This document shows positions 42,797 to 52,115 of a DNA stretch of 64,000 bases, piece after piece. Position 1 is the first letter of the stretch. Each line of letters opens with the position of its first letter. This DNA comes from Escherichia coli (GTDB lineage: Bacteria; Pseudomonadota; Gammaproteobacteria; Enterobacterales; Enterobacteriaceae), in assembly GCF_024223415.1 (NCBI RefSeq), contig NZ_CP100500.1; one strand, 5' to 3'. The notes below the pieces were generated by a model. The model did no database searches. It was not told the origin of the DNA and was given only the letters and a program-made list of their open reading frames with translations. Made by a program: the position numbers and the translations under genes.

Positions 42797-42873
42797 TGGA
42801 CCGCCACCGGGGACTCGAACCTCGCACACTCAACTTAAAGGGTTGACGCTCTTTCCTGATGAGCTAGTGGCGG
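42797..42873 (-). tRNA. tRNA-like gene with non-canonical anticodon loop CCUUUAA (by analogy to Stx-phage argN/argO position)
   Basis: Cloverleaf with 7-bp acceptor, GCTC/GAGC D-stem, TTCGAGT T-loop, CCA encoded; C33 and one T-stem mismatch. Confidence 0.55.
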
Positions 42874-42874
42874 T

Positions 42875-42950
42875 TGGTGGCCCTTGCTGGATTTGAACCA
42901 GCGACCTGGCGATTATGAGTCGCTCGCTCTCACCACTGAGCTAAAGGGCC
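42875..42950 (-). tRNA. tRNA with CAU anticodon (ileX/ileZ-like tRNA-Ile2 or Met)
   Basis: GGCCCTTTAGCTCAGTGGTGAGAGCGAGCGACTCATAATCGCCAGGTCGCTGGTTCAAATCCAGCAAGGGCCACCA folds as canonical cloverleaf. Confidence 0.8.
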
Positions 42951-43070
42951 GGGCGCAGGATAATAACGTTACGAAATCAATGTTGCAAGCATTCAAAAAT
43001 CACCTGGTTAAAAATCACCCTTAGCTCCTCCACCAGCGCATTCACCATGTCTATCCGAGATAAGTGGCAC

Positions 43071-43097
43071 AAAAAAACCCGCTTGTGGGCGGGTTTT
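43071..43097 (-). terminator. Late-operon terminator tR' (target of Q antitermination)
   Basis: CCCGC-CACAA-GCGGG stem followed by U7 on minus strand, about 70-90 nt downstream of Q-like gene. Confidence 0.65.
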
Positions 43098-43160
43098 GTT
43101 TGCTTTTGCCATCACGTACAAAATCGGCAAAATATCAGATTTGCATGAAATATATGCCTT

Positions 43161-43856
43161 TCAATCTACTTTTGCAACACTTTGCTTTGAAAATGCCGCC
43201 TTTTGTTTTGAACGTGTTCTCATTACAAACAATAAAGCCTCACTATCCAGTCGGTGAAAAATGTGTTTCATTGCAACCCAGTGACGAGTAAATGTTTTGG
43301 ACCAGTTTTTAGTTGTCACTCCCGCCAGTAATGCCAGCTCCTGGTATTCATAACTTTCCCCACCAAAAAGTTCTGCTTTTACTGCCTGCGCCGCCAGCCA
43401 GATTAATTTTTTCAGGCGTTCCTGCGTTTTCCCTGCAATTTTTCTGGTACCTGATTGAGTATTAAATTCATTCCACGCCCACTGTGTTATCGCGATCTGA
43501 TATTCCCAACAAATACTCCCGCTGTAACTCCACAACAACCAGGCTTTATGATGTTCTTCAAGAGACAGAACAGCCCGCCGCCACGATGATGTCGAAAACT
43601 CAACCGGGCTGACCAGGGCAATTGATGAGCCTTTCGCCAGTGATTGTTTTCCCGGGATTGGTGGATTATCCCGCGTTATCATTTTTCCAGTCACTTCATC
43701 GCGGTACCGGATTTTTTTACGCCTGTAACGCCCTGTATCAAACATGGCATTCTCCTGCCAGGCCTCAAGCTGCCCTTTTGTTGATCCACTCAAATCGGCG
43801 GTGGCAATCATGAGTTGCTGACGAACAAACTGTAAATACTGGTTATTCATGCGCAC
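43161..43856 (-). CDS. Putative late-gene antiterminator Q (QuuQ/YdfT-like)
   Basis: 231 aa; sits downstream of rusA and DUF968 gene and upstream of tR' and lysis genes, as QuuQ in Qin prophage. Confidence 0.55.
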   Translation of the reverse strand: MRMNNQYLQFVRQQLMIATADLSGSTKGQLEAWQENAMFDTGRYRRKKIRYRDEVTGKMITRDNPPIPGKQSLAKGSSIALVSPVEFSTSSWRRAVLSLEEHHKAWLLWSYSGSICWEYQIAITQWAWNEFNTQSGTRKIAGKTQERLKKLIWLAAQAVKAELFGGESYEYQELALLAGVTTKNWSKTFTRHWVAMKHIFHRLDSEALLFVMRTRSKQKAAFSKQSVAKVD

Positions 43857-44212
43857 TCCAGTTCTGTGATTTTTATCCCCAACCGCCCACCAGGAACAAG
43901 CTGACCGCGCACAATATTAATTTCATCAAACTGCTCGTCGTCTATGAGCAGCCCAGCATGCGTCAGTGCATCCAGTGGTGCCTTCAGGATATTGTCCAGG
44001 TCACGACGGCGCTTATCCGGTGGCTCTGCAATAATTTTTATTGCCAGCCTTCCTGACAGGTTTAATTTCAGTCGCTGCTGGCGAACAATAAGCGCCACAT
44101 CACGGCGATAACGCTCACCGGCTTTTGATACAAAATATGTGCTGCCACGACGTCGCCAGTAGGTATTCACCGTCGGCGGGTAAGGCAAAACAAATTCTAT
44201 GCGTTCAGTCAT
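43847..44212 (-). CDS. rusA: Holliday junction resolvase RusA
   Basis: 121 aa; ..PDKRRRDLDNILKAPLDALTHAGLLIDDEQ.. matches RusA. Confidence 0.9.
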   Translation of the reverse strand: MTERIEFVLPYPPTVNTYWRRRGSTYFVSKAGERYRRDVALIVRQQRLKLNLSGRLAIKIIAEPPDKRRRDLDNILKAPLDALTHAGLLIDDEQFDEINIVRGQLVPGGRLGIKITELECA

Positions 44213-45268
44213 TCATGCTTTCCACTTCAGGACACCCGAATTTCTCGCGTGCATTAAAAAACGAATCAGCAACAACAGCTGGCTGCCGTGTTTTTCTTCA
44301 AAATCTTTTACCCCGGCGTGCAGTTCGTTATGACATTTACGGCACAGCGGAATAACAAACAAATCATCAGCCTTTGTTCCCATCCCTCCCAGTCCATGAC
44401 CAATGATGTGATGCGGATCATCTGCCTGATTACCGCACGTCATGCATTTCTGCGTTTTTACCCAGCGCGTGTATACAGGCATCTCTTCCCGTTGTGGTTT
44501 CTGGCGCTGGAGATACTGAGCCGGTGACTCCGGATCAACGGCAATGCTGACCACCGCCTCTTCCTGTGGCGGGTTTTGCTGGTGGGCGTGAGGCAGCGGC
44601 GCAAGATTTTTTGTGCGCTGCTTCAGTATGCTGGTGGCGGTCTGCTCTCCCGGTACGATGTCGCTTTCACGGTACATTGAGCGGATTTTTTCCGCACGCA
44701 ACCCCAGCGAACGACGTAATACCGCTTCCGGTAGCGCGTCCGCCACCTGATTGCGGACCGCCCACCAGGATAATTCAGCCAGAGATAATTCACGCTCCTG
44801 CGTACCGCTTATTGCGTGACCGATGACGTCAATCATCCATGCTGACAGGTTTTGATGAGCAAGTTGCTCGAGTGATTCGGATGTCTGGTCACGCAGCTGG
44901 TTGTCGCAGTGCCAGCACAACACCATCGCGCCGGTACCGTAACGATGTATGACGATTTCACTGTGATGATAGTCACCATGAGGCCACTGGCAGGATTTGA
45001 CATGACGCAACAGCCAGTCAGACAGTGCCCCAGCGCCGCCAACAGCACGAATCACCCGATCATCGCTGAAAAATGGCAGTAATGATTTATCCTCCGCCAG
45101 CGGCTGGCGAACGGCAGGGACGACTCCGGATGGCAGGCCGCACGTACTTTTCGGTTCCGGCTCCACCAGCACTCGAGGATTGTGAAATACCGGCATGGAT
45201 TCACGACCGGGCTTAAGGACCACCAGCCCGAGTTCCGGTACCAGAACAGGTCGAAGTAATACCCGCAC
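44213..45268 (-). CDS. DUF968 family protein (YdfU-like) with C-terminal HNH-like Cys/His motif
   Basis: 351 aa; C-terminal CMTCG..HHIIGHG..CRKCHNELH. Confidence 0.7.
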   Translation of the reverse strand: MRVLLRPVLVPELGLVVLKPGRESMPVFHNPRVLVEPEPKSTCGLPSGVVPAVRQPLAEDKSLLPFFSDDRVIRAVGGAGALSDWLLRHVKSCQWPHGDYHHSEIVIHRYGTGAMVLCWHCDNQLRDQTSESLEQLAHQNLSAWMIDVIGHAISGTQERELSLAELSWWAVRNQVADALPEAVLRRSLGLRAEKIRSMYRESDIVPGEQTATSILKQRTKNLAPLPHAHQQNPPQEEAVVSIAVDPESPAQYLQRQKPQREEMPVYTRWVKTQKCMTCGNQADDPHHIIGHGLGGMGTKADDLFVIPLCRKCHNELHAGVKDFEEKHGSQLLLLIRFLMHARNSGVLKWKA

Positions 45269-45269
45269 G

Positions 45270-45623
45270 TTACCTCCAGATCCGTTGCTGGAATGTGCGG
45301 GACGGACGCGGTGGGCGTTCGGAGTAAGGAAGCCTGACGGAGATTATCCAGTGACGATAATCGAGGCTGAGGGCTTTCTTAATCTCGTATCCGTGTCTGC
45401 GGTAACACTGAATCAGCCATTCGGCCTGTTCTTCAGTGCATGGAGGGTGTTGGTACCAGTCGGTTTTAAATACGCGAGAACGCCGCCCATGCCTGCTGGC
45501 ACGAACGGCATCAGAATTGTGATTTTTGGTATTGTGCGCCATTTGTTTTCTCTGCTGGCGCAGCAGGTGCCAGTTGTTCAGGCTAGCGTGCAGATTGTAA
45601 ACCAGAATTCCCGGAAAAAACAA
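45270..45623 (-). CDS. Hypothetical nin-region protein
   Basis: 117 aa ORF abutting DUF968 gene. Confidence 0.45.
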   Translation of the reverse strand: MFFPGILVYNLHASLNNWHLLRQQRKQMAHNTKNHNSDAVRASRHGRRSRVFKTDWYQHPPCTEEQAEWLIQCYRRHGYEIKKALSLDYRHWIISVRLPYSERPPRPSRTFQQRIWR

Positions 45624-45734
45624 AACTCGCTCAGGCTGGTATGCTAATCATCACAGTCATGTTTGATGGGGTTAGCTCACATTGGGTGAGGGTTCACGGC
45701 GTTTTCACTAATAATTTACCGTCCCCGCTATACA

Positions 45735-46127
45735 CTACTGCCCAGTTCTAACGAAGTTTTTGAAGGAAACAACTGCCTGATAGAGGTTTGGTTGACAGCC
45801 AAACATATTATCGCAAAAAGGCTGGATGAAAATTCTTGAGGATCCATCTTCATTTGGCATTTTACTCACTTGATAAGCGAGGAGTGGACTATTTGGTGAG
45901 GGGTTATAAGTGGAAATTAGCGTGTCTGTCGCCGTTTGAATTTTCCATGCGGAATTATTAGCCAACCAGAATTGCGCGCGTTTCCAATAAAAGTCACATT
46001 GCTTTTCATCTTTACATGTTAGTGGCTTCATTGCTTCTGCTTTCAACGCAGGATCGACCTTTGCTGCACACCCTCCCAACATTACTGTTGCAATCATTAC
46101 ACCTGCAACTAAAACAAGTTTCTTCAT
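45735..46127 (-). CDS. Lipoprotein (nin-region cargo)
   Basis: 130 aa; MKKLVLVAGVMIATVMLGGC lipobox; six further Cys. Confidence 0.65.
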   Translation of the reverse strand: MKKLVLVAGVMIATVMLGGCAAKVDPALKAEAMKPLTCKDEKQCDFYWKRAQFWLANNSAWKIQTATDTLISTYNPSPNSPLLAYQVSKMPNEDGSSRIFIQPFCDNMFGCQPNLYQAVVSFKNFVRTGQ

Positions 46128-46270
46128 CTCCCTGCCCCCATCAGTAAAAGTTCGGTTCTCTGATAACTAGAGTTAATCAACGGAAAAACGCCGAAGCGGG
46201 TTAAGTGTGGGTGCATTGAGGATGCCTGACTCATCAGAGGTGGCGAGGGATTTCTCCCTCGCCTGGTCTC

Positions 46271-46426
46271 TTACTCCTCAGGTTCGTAAGCTGTGAAGAC
46301 AGCGACCTCCGTCTGGCCGGTTCGGATTCGTACCTCGCAGAGGTCTTTCCTCGTTACCAGTGCCGTCACAATGACGGTAATACAGATGACGATCAGGGCG
46401 ACTAACATCGCCTTTTGCTGCTTCAT
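46271..46426 (-). CDS. hok: Hok/Gef family type I toxin
   Basis: 51 aa MKQQKAMLVALIVICITVIVTALVTRKDLCEVRIRTGQTEVAVFTAYEPEE, nearly identical to remembered HokD/RelF. Confidence 0.88.
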   Translation of the reverse strand: MKQQKAMLVALIVICITVIVTALVTRKDLCEVRIRTGQTEVAVFTAYEPEE

Positions 46427-46717
46427 AGCCTGCTTCTCCTTGCCTTTCGGCACGTAAGAGGCTAACCTAGATTTGCCGTTCATAGATTGAGCCTCAGATT
46501 AATGTTAAGCGTCTTGCCGGACGCGTAATGTTAACTGGGGCTTTTCTCTATCTGCCTTTTGGGGTTCATGCCTGAGACAGATAGCCTCAAGCACCCGCTG
46601 CAATTCTACTTAACTCTCCTTTTCCCGCAAACCATTTTTATCCCCAGCGGCAAATCGAATACACCACCAGCGCCACCGCCATCGCAATTCCTACCGTTGT
46701 GAATGCTTCAGGCCAGG

Positions 46718-47233
46718 TCATCGTAAAATATCCTCCGCGCTTATCAGTCCATTTCGTTTCAGGTAATCCATCGCCTTCTCCGGTAATTTGCAGTCCGGCT
46801 GAGCTTTTTTCAGTTGACTGACCAGTCGTTTAACCCACATTGTTAATTCGCCAACCTGATTACTGGATGCCAGTGGATTGTCGGCTTTACCCAGAATGAC
46901 AGCACAGCAGGCCTCTTTGAGCACCCAATCAACAGCATCTTTCCATGCTCCTGTTTCGACTGGTGGATTCTCACGCTTTACCTGTTCATAAAAGCGCACG
47001 GCTTTAACCAGTCCTTCTGATGTCACCGGGACTGACGGGGCAGTGAATAAGGCCTGAATCTCATAGCTCGGCCTGTCGTTGCAATCCTCTTTTGTCGGTA
47101 CATATTTCCAGTCACCAACCCACATCTTCTCCTGAAAGTCCGTAACGCCTTTTTTCACGTAGCGATATCGCCATACAACTGGTTTTGCCTGCCCTGCCGT
47201 TTCATGCCCTTCCTGATAATTAATCTCGCTCAT
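46718..47233 (-). CDS. Hypothetical nin-region protein
   Basis: 171 aa ORF. Confidence 0.55.
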   Translation of the reverse strand: MSEINYQEGHETAGQAKPVVWRYRYVKKGVTDFQEKMWVGDWKYVPTKEDCNDRPSYEIQALFTAPSVPVTSEGLVKAVRFYEQVKRENPPVETGAWKDAVDWVLKEACCAVILGKADNPLASSNQVGELTMWVKRLVSQLKKAQPDCKLPEKAMDYLKRNGLISAEDILR

Positions 47234-47383
47234 TCATCGGCCCACTCATCACAATATGCTTCGACCGGAGTTTTTCCTGCTTCGTAGTCATCACGCCAGG
47301 CTTCAGCATCAGCAGCACTTCCACCACGTAACTCTGCATAATCCATTAACAGTTCATTCCATTCTTCAAAACTGACGTTGTAT

Positions 47384-47581
47384 TTAGTTGAACCAAAACC
47401 AGCCATTTTGTTCTTCCTCTTCGTCTTTTATTTCGTGATATGAGTAATTGCAGTAGTTAAAGAAAATTTCTTTTGCTTCGTCATGAATTTCATCAGGTGT
47501 TGCGTCATCGTCCACTTCGAATACATCCTCAAAATCTCCACCAGCTATTCCCGTTTCAATAATTATTTTGAACTTTCGCAT
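47384..47581 (-). CDS. Small acidic hypothetical protein
   Basis: 65 aa ORF. Confidence 0.4.
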   Translation of the reverse strand: MRKFKIIIETGIAGGDFEDVFEVDDDATPDEIHDEAKEIFFNYCNYSYHEIKDEEEEQNGWFWFN

Positions 47582-47674
47582 TTCACTACCGCCCTTTCGG
47601 GTGGCCTCCTGCTGTTCTGAGGGTGCAGAAATCCCTACGGTTAAGGATTAAATTTTTAACAGTGCTAAATTTAA

Positions 47675-48031
47675 TTATTCAGTTCTTGATTTTGCCGCCC
47701 TGCGTATCCGCGCTTTCGCGTTACGCTCAATATGAATTAGCTTTTCTATATTTTTTCGCCTTTCCCGTTCCTCCTGGCGCAAGAGCCTTACATCATCTGC
47801 CAGTCTGGTTTCTCTTTTCGCCACAGAGAGCATCCAGTCAAATGGCTCCACAACTGCACCGCAGATTTTACAGCGGACCTGACGCTCTTTTTCGTCAACC
47901 CGGACAGAGGCGTGATGACAATATGGTCTTTCCGATGGCTCATAAAGAAAATTAACCTGATTACGTGGGTCATCCTCTTTTACCGGAAATAAAACAATAT
48001 TACTTAACTCATCTTCTGGTTTTATTTCCAT
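47675..48031 (-). CDS. Hypothetical protein with Cys/His cluster
   Basis: 118 aa; CHH..CKIC motif. Confidence 0.5.
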   Translation of the reverse strand: MEIKPEDELSNIVLFPVKEDDPRNQVNFLYEPSERPYCHHASVRVDEKERQVRCKICGAVVEPFDWMLSVAKRETRLADDVRLLRQEERERRKNIEKLIHIERNAKARIRRAAKSRTE

Positions 48032-48084
48032 GCTCCTCTCCTTTGATGCGAATGCCAGCGATAATTGAAGCCTGATAGCTAATT

Positions 48085-48522
48085 TTACTCACAGCCCCCC
48101 TGATAATTTCCCTGATAAAACGCCAGCACGCGCTGCATAACTTCGCTCTTCCTGCACTCGCAACAGATTATGTTCTGACGCCTGTCGTAGCGGCGTATTT
48201 CTCCGTCTGGTAATGACCAGATAAGGTCAGGATCAACCACAACCGGTTTTTTCACCTTTGCCCTGGATAGTTTTTTGCGGGCATTTTGCCAGTCCTTACG
48301 AGCCTGTTCAGACGGGAATAACCCGTAACCAGAGTTGTATACATCACCACTGGCAACCAGCTCTCTGGCAAGAACGCTCAGCAGATATCTTGTCGCACCT
48401 GTTTTCGCTTCCTGTTGTCGTAACGTCTCGCGCGCACTCCGGCGTACCAGCTCAACAACCTGCCCTTTAATTTTTTCCCGCTCTTCTTGTGTAAATACTT
48501 TTGCCATAAGCGCCTCCGGCAA
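48085..48522 (-). CDS. Hypothetical nin-region protein
   Basis: 145 aa ORF. Confidence 0.5.
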   Translation of the reverse strand: MPEALMAKVFTQEEREKIKGQVVELVRRSARETLRQQEAKTGATRYLLSVLARELVASGDVYNSGYGLFPSEQARKDWQNARKKLSRAKVKKPVVVDPDLIWSLPDGEIRRYDRRQNIICCECRKSEVMQRVLAFYQGNYQGGCE

Positions 48523-49293
48523 TCACTTTTCCGATACAACACGGCGGGAAGAATCAGTAATCTGTCGAACAATATCCCGGTGCTTGTTCAGCTCCCGCAG
48601 CGCGGCGCAGACTCGCTCCCACTTCTGAACATGATTTTTCGCCCGACGCAATTCGCGGTTTGCCATATGCAGCGATGGTAAAACCAGGTCATCCGCTCGG
48701 GTTTCAGTAAACGATGGCAACGATTGCACAATATCAGCCACAGTTTCTGTTTTAATATCTTCCTGTGTTGCAGCTTCCTGTACTGGTAACGCAACACCTG
48801 CTGGCTGAGGAAAGGCTTTACCATCAGTTTCCGCTACCGATGCAGACTCCGGCCCTGCCGGTAAGTTGTCGTCCGGCAGGAAGTAACGAAATTTACCGTT
48901 CCGATTAACGCGTGCCAGCCGCCCCGTTGCGGTTACTACCGCCAGTGTGGAAGCAACCTTGCGAGTGCTGACACCGAACTTACCCGCCAGTTCCTCACAC
49001 GTTTTAGCCCCCTCCTGACTGATAAACTCAATCATCATGTCTGCGGTAACTTTTTGTTCGACCTCCCCGGTCAGCATATCCTGTGCTTCAGATTTTACTG
49101 GTCGCTCTTCGGTTACCCGGGATTCACCTTCGCCAGCCAGAAACCAGGTGTGACCAGTTTTATCAACGACGCCATTTCTTTTGAGTTCCCACAGCTCGTT
49201 CAGCACTTCTTCACGACTGATATCAAGTCGCGCAGCCAGCTCTACCGATGTGGCTTTTCCCATCGCTTTCAGTGCGTCAAAAACAGTCTCCAT
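48523..49293 (-). CDS. Putative DNA-binding protein with two winged-helix-like segments
   Basis: 256 aa; ..ATSVELAARLDISREEVLNELWELKRNGVV.. and ..KTCEELAGKFGVSTRKVASTLAVV.. Confidence 0.5.
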   Translation of the reverse strand: METVFDALKAMGKATSVELAARLDISREEVLNELWELKRNGVVDKTGHTWFLAGEGESRVTEERPVKSEAQDMLTGEVEQKVTADMMIEFISQEGAKTCEELAGKFGVSTRKVASTLAVVTATGRLARVNRNGKFRYFLPDDNLPAGPESASVAETDGKAFPQPAGVALPVQEAATQEDIKTETVADIVQSLPSFTETRADDLVLPSLHMANRELRRAKNHVQKWERVCAALRELNKHRDIVRQITDSSRRVVSEK

Positions 49294-49325
49294 AAATTTC
49301 CTCCCGGTAAAAATTACTTCTCAAC

Positions 49326-49868
49326 TCAGACAAAACCAGCCGCTTTCCGGCGTTCATACTCCTGTTTCAGCAACTCAATTGGCGTTGGTCCCGACGGGCG
49401 TTTGGGGGCCGCCAGTTGTCGCCGGACTGGCGGAACGCTGAGGCCCATACCAACATGCTTTGACCATTTCGTCAGTTGCCGTTCTGCAAACCGTTTTAAC
49501 TCCCCTTCGGTCATCTGGCGTTCAATCCCCTTTGAACGCATCTCGAGGCATATGTGATACAGCACAGGCTGAGACCACGGGTATTTATCGCTTCCGTCGT
49601 ATCGCCAGGACTCATTGCGCCAGCGTCGGTACTCCTCCATCACAGCCCCCACCGTCAGACCGAATGGATTGGCCCCGCTTTCCGGAATCAGTGCCACAAA
49701 CTCAGCCAGGTCAGGAGGCCATGTTTCACCCGCCCGGCAGCGGTCCATGCACTGGCGGCAGACCTGCCGGATTTGCTGCTCAGTCATCGCGCCAATCTGT
49801 GCAATCCAGAGCTTCGAAGGTGCGGCCCCGTTCTTCCGGGTCCAGCGGTCCGAATAAACCTCCCCCAT
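49326..49868 (-). CDS. Replication protein P-like (DnaB helicase loader)
   Basis: C-terminal half resembles lambda P (YPW..LT..ELRR..); start uncertain (ATG 49868 or 49787; ORF track start 49991 overlaps upstream gene). Confidence 0.65.
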   Translation of the reverse strand: MGEVYSDRWTRKNGAAPSKLWIAQIGAMTEQQIRQVCRQCMDRCRAGETWPPDLAEFVALIPESGANPFGLTVGAVMEEYRRWRNESWRYDGSDKYPWSQPVLYHICLEMRSKGIERQMTEGELKRFAERQLTKWSKHVGMGLSVPPVRRQLAAPKRPSGPTPIELLKQEYERRKAAGFV

Positions 49869-50790
49869 GAGTTCCCACAGCTTCCAGGCTGTTTCCGTCG
49901 CTGATAAATCCGTTTTCACGTTCCCACTGCTCACGTGCTGCCCGAATTTCCTGAACTGCCCGTGATGCGGTGCCACCTGGTGCTGCTGCATGGTTCACCC
50001 CCTTGCTGACTGGTTTAACCTGCGCCCTGACGTGATTTACGTGACGGGCGAATTTCTGCTCCCACTGAACCTGTGTGAACACTTTCCCCTCCGCCATCCA
50101 GTAATCCCGGAAGGCGGCAAGTTCAGCAGGTGTAAATTCCGGTTCCGGCAAAGCCGCTCCCCACAACGCAGCCCGCCGTCGAAAATCCAGCGACGGATGC
50201 CAGCCATCGGCCATCGGAAATTTCCCGATGGGTTCACTCAGGCCATCCGGAAATTCAGGTTCCGCCACCTGCAACGGCGTACCGTTCGGTTCACTGGTCG
50301 GAGCACTCTCGCGCACGCGCGCGTTATGTGTGGGGTTTAATTCTTTATCTGTATCTTTATTAGTTGCCTTTGTGTTTGCGTCATGTTCAAACACCACACC
50401 AACATTTGTTTGAACACCTGTTAAATCTCTCTCTTGTTTTGTTTGAACATCTGCTTCCTTTCTGCTTCTTCTGGCCTGAACAGATGCTTTTCCGGCGGCT
50501 GATTTTTTGGTTAATTTTTCCCTGACTGATGCCAGATCTTCCTCAATCCGAAGATGCACCCATTCATCGCCGTTATCGTGAAAAAACTCCCGCAAGGATG
50601 GCTCCACATCAGCCCATCGCTCATTAGTCAGACGGGCAATTTTTGCCAGCCTGTTTTTAGGTATTGGCTTTCCTGTTTGCCAGTAATTGAACATCAGCAA
50701 CAAATACGCACCGTGCTCCTCTGCTGATAAATGCATGGTGTCAGCCAGGTAATCAGCGATGTACAGTTGCATGTATGGTAATGCGGCCAT
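49780..50790 (-). CDS. Replication initiation protein, YdaU/DUF1376-like N-terminal domain (O position)
   Basis: 336 aa; N-terminal YMQLYIADYLADTMHLSAEEHGAYLLLMFNYWQ. Confidence 0.65.
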   Translation of the reverse strand: MAALPYMQLYIADYLADTMHLSAEEHGAYLLLMFNYWQTGKPIPKNRLAKIARLTNERWADVEPSLREFFHDNGDEWVHLRIEEDLASVREKLTKKSAAGKASVQARRSRKEADVQTKQERDLTGVQTNVGVVFEHDANTKATNKDTDKELNPTHNARVRESAPTSEPNGTPLQVAEPEFPDGLSEPIGKFPMADGWHPSLDFRRRAALWGAALPEPEFTPAELAAFRDYWMAEGKVFTQVQWEQKFARHVNHVRAQVKPVSKGVNHAAAPGGTASRAVQEIRAAREQWERENGFISDGNSLEAVGTHGGGLFGPLDPEERGRTFEALDCTDWRDD

Positions 50791-50860
50791 AATTGCCTCT
50801 TCTGATACCGAATTCCTTAATCACGTACTACCGAAAGCGATCCGGTATAACTATTGCCAG

Positions 50861-51286
50861 TCAGTGCATCACCACAGCATTACCCGCCGGGCCACCACGA
50901 TTCATCTGATTGAAACCGGCGATTGCCACTGCGATAAAATCATCAGCGTCTCTCACCAGCCGTTCTCGTGTCTCCAGCAGCTCCCTGAAATAGGCTGAGC
51001 TGTGGCTACGCATTCTGGCCACCAGCAAAGGCGGCATTGCCTTTTCGATCGCTGGTAGTAACGCCTGAATTTTTTCAACCGCATCAGGGGTGTCTTTCTC
51101 CACCCAGCGGAAAATTTTCTGGGTATTACGGGCCAGGGCTTCCGGATGGCTGTCGTCATACAGTTCCGGGAACGTCATACCCAGCTCAAAATAAGCCCGG
51201 GTTATTTCAGCTGCCGGAACTTTTTCGCCATCCGGACGCGCCCAGGCATTCATCGCCATGCGGATGTGTTCATGCTTGATTTTCAT
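50861..51286 (-). CDS. YdaT-like protein (cII position)
   Basis: 141 aa; starts MKIKHEHI as remembered for Rac YdaT. Confidence 0.6.
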   Translation of the reverse strand: MKIKHEHIRMAMNAWARPDGEKVPAAEITRAYFELGMTFPELYDDSHPEALARNTQKIFRWVEKDTPDAVEKIQALLPAIEKAMPPLLVARMRSHSSAYFRELLETRERLVRDADDFIAVAIAGFNQMNRGGPAGNAVVMH

Positions 51287-51551
51287 GAATCAAGCTCCTA
51301 GTAAGTGGTTGTGTTAACGTTTTGGTATCTTCCAGCTCGGGCCAAATATTCATCCAATCAAAAGGCCTTAGTTGCTGACGTGTAACTTCACCATTACTGG
51401 CTCGCTCAATAAGGACACATAACGATGCCCCTAACATTTGACCTTTACTCAATGCCTTTCTTAGATAACCGATGCTAGTACCACACTCACATGCAAACAT
51501 ACGCTGTTCATCTGACGAAAGAGAATTGAGAAATATTCTTAATTCTTCCAT
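51270..51551 (-). CDS. Cro-like / YdaS-like HTH regulator
   Basis: 93 aa, first gene divergent from repressor; HTH ..CGTSIGYLRKALSKG.. Confidence 0.7.
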   Translation of the reverse strand: MEELRIFLNSLSSDEQRMFACECGTSIGYLRKALSKGQMLGASLCVLIERASNGEVTRQQLRPFDWMNIWPELEDTKTLTQPLTRSLIHENQA

Positions 51552-51581
51552 AGCTACTCCTTAGTAAACACAGCAAAAGAA

Positions 51582-51633
51582 TACCCACAGGTAAACAAAA
51601 GTCAATACCCTTGGGTTGTTTACCTTGCGGTAA
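51582..51633. promoter_or_regulatory. Right operator region: three TACC(C)-N-(G)GGTA-type half-palindromic sites between cro-like and repressor genes
   Basis: TACCCACAGGTA, TACCCTTGGGTT, TTACCTTGCGGTAA. Confidence 0.55.
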
Positions 51634-51652
51634 TCGCATCTATTATTTACCT

Positions 51653-52072
51653 ATGGACAAATATGAATTTAGACGACAACAACTCATCAAAATTCGTGAT
51701 GAGAAATGCGATGGTAAAGCGGTTAACGTGGCCAGAAAGATCGGTCGCGAGCCTTCTTATGTATCAAGAATGTTGTACCCAGAGGGGAAAAAAGGAAAAA
51801 AACGGATCGCTGATGATATGGTGGAGATTATAGAAGAGTCCTTTGGGTTACCCCGGGGATGGATGGATGGTATCGTTTCATCATCAACGAACACAGCCTC
51901 CAATTATGAAACAAGGGTTCTAACGCCACGACAACGTATTTTTTTAGATCTCTTAGACGAACTGCCTGAAAGTGAAGCGGATAACTTATTAAAAACTCTT
52001 GAAGAGAAAAAACAGTATTACAATATGATCTACGAAGAAATCCGTAAAAAGAAAGCACAAAACGCATCATAA
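51653..52072 (+). CDS. CI-like prophage repressor (HTH, no obvious peptidase domain)
   Basis: ATG at 51653 gives about 139 aa; HTH ..AVNVARKIGREPSYVSRML..; divergent from cro-like gene. Confidence 0.7.
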   Translation: MDKYEFRRQQLIKIRDEKCDGKAVNVARKIGREPSYVSRMLYPEGKKGKKRIADDMVEIIEESFGLPRGWMDGIVSSSTNTASNYETRVLTPRQRIFLDLLDELPESEADNLLKTLEEKKQYYNMIYEEIRKKKAQNAS

Positions 52073-52115
52073 CTCACCAAACAACCAGTCACCAGTTAAG
52101 ATACATCAAAAAAAT

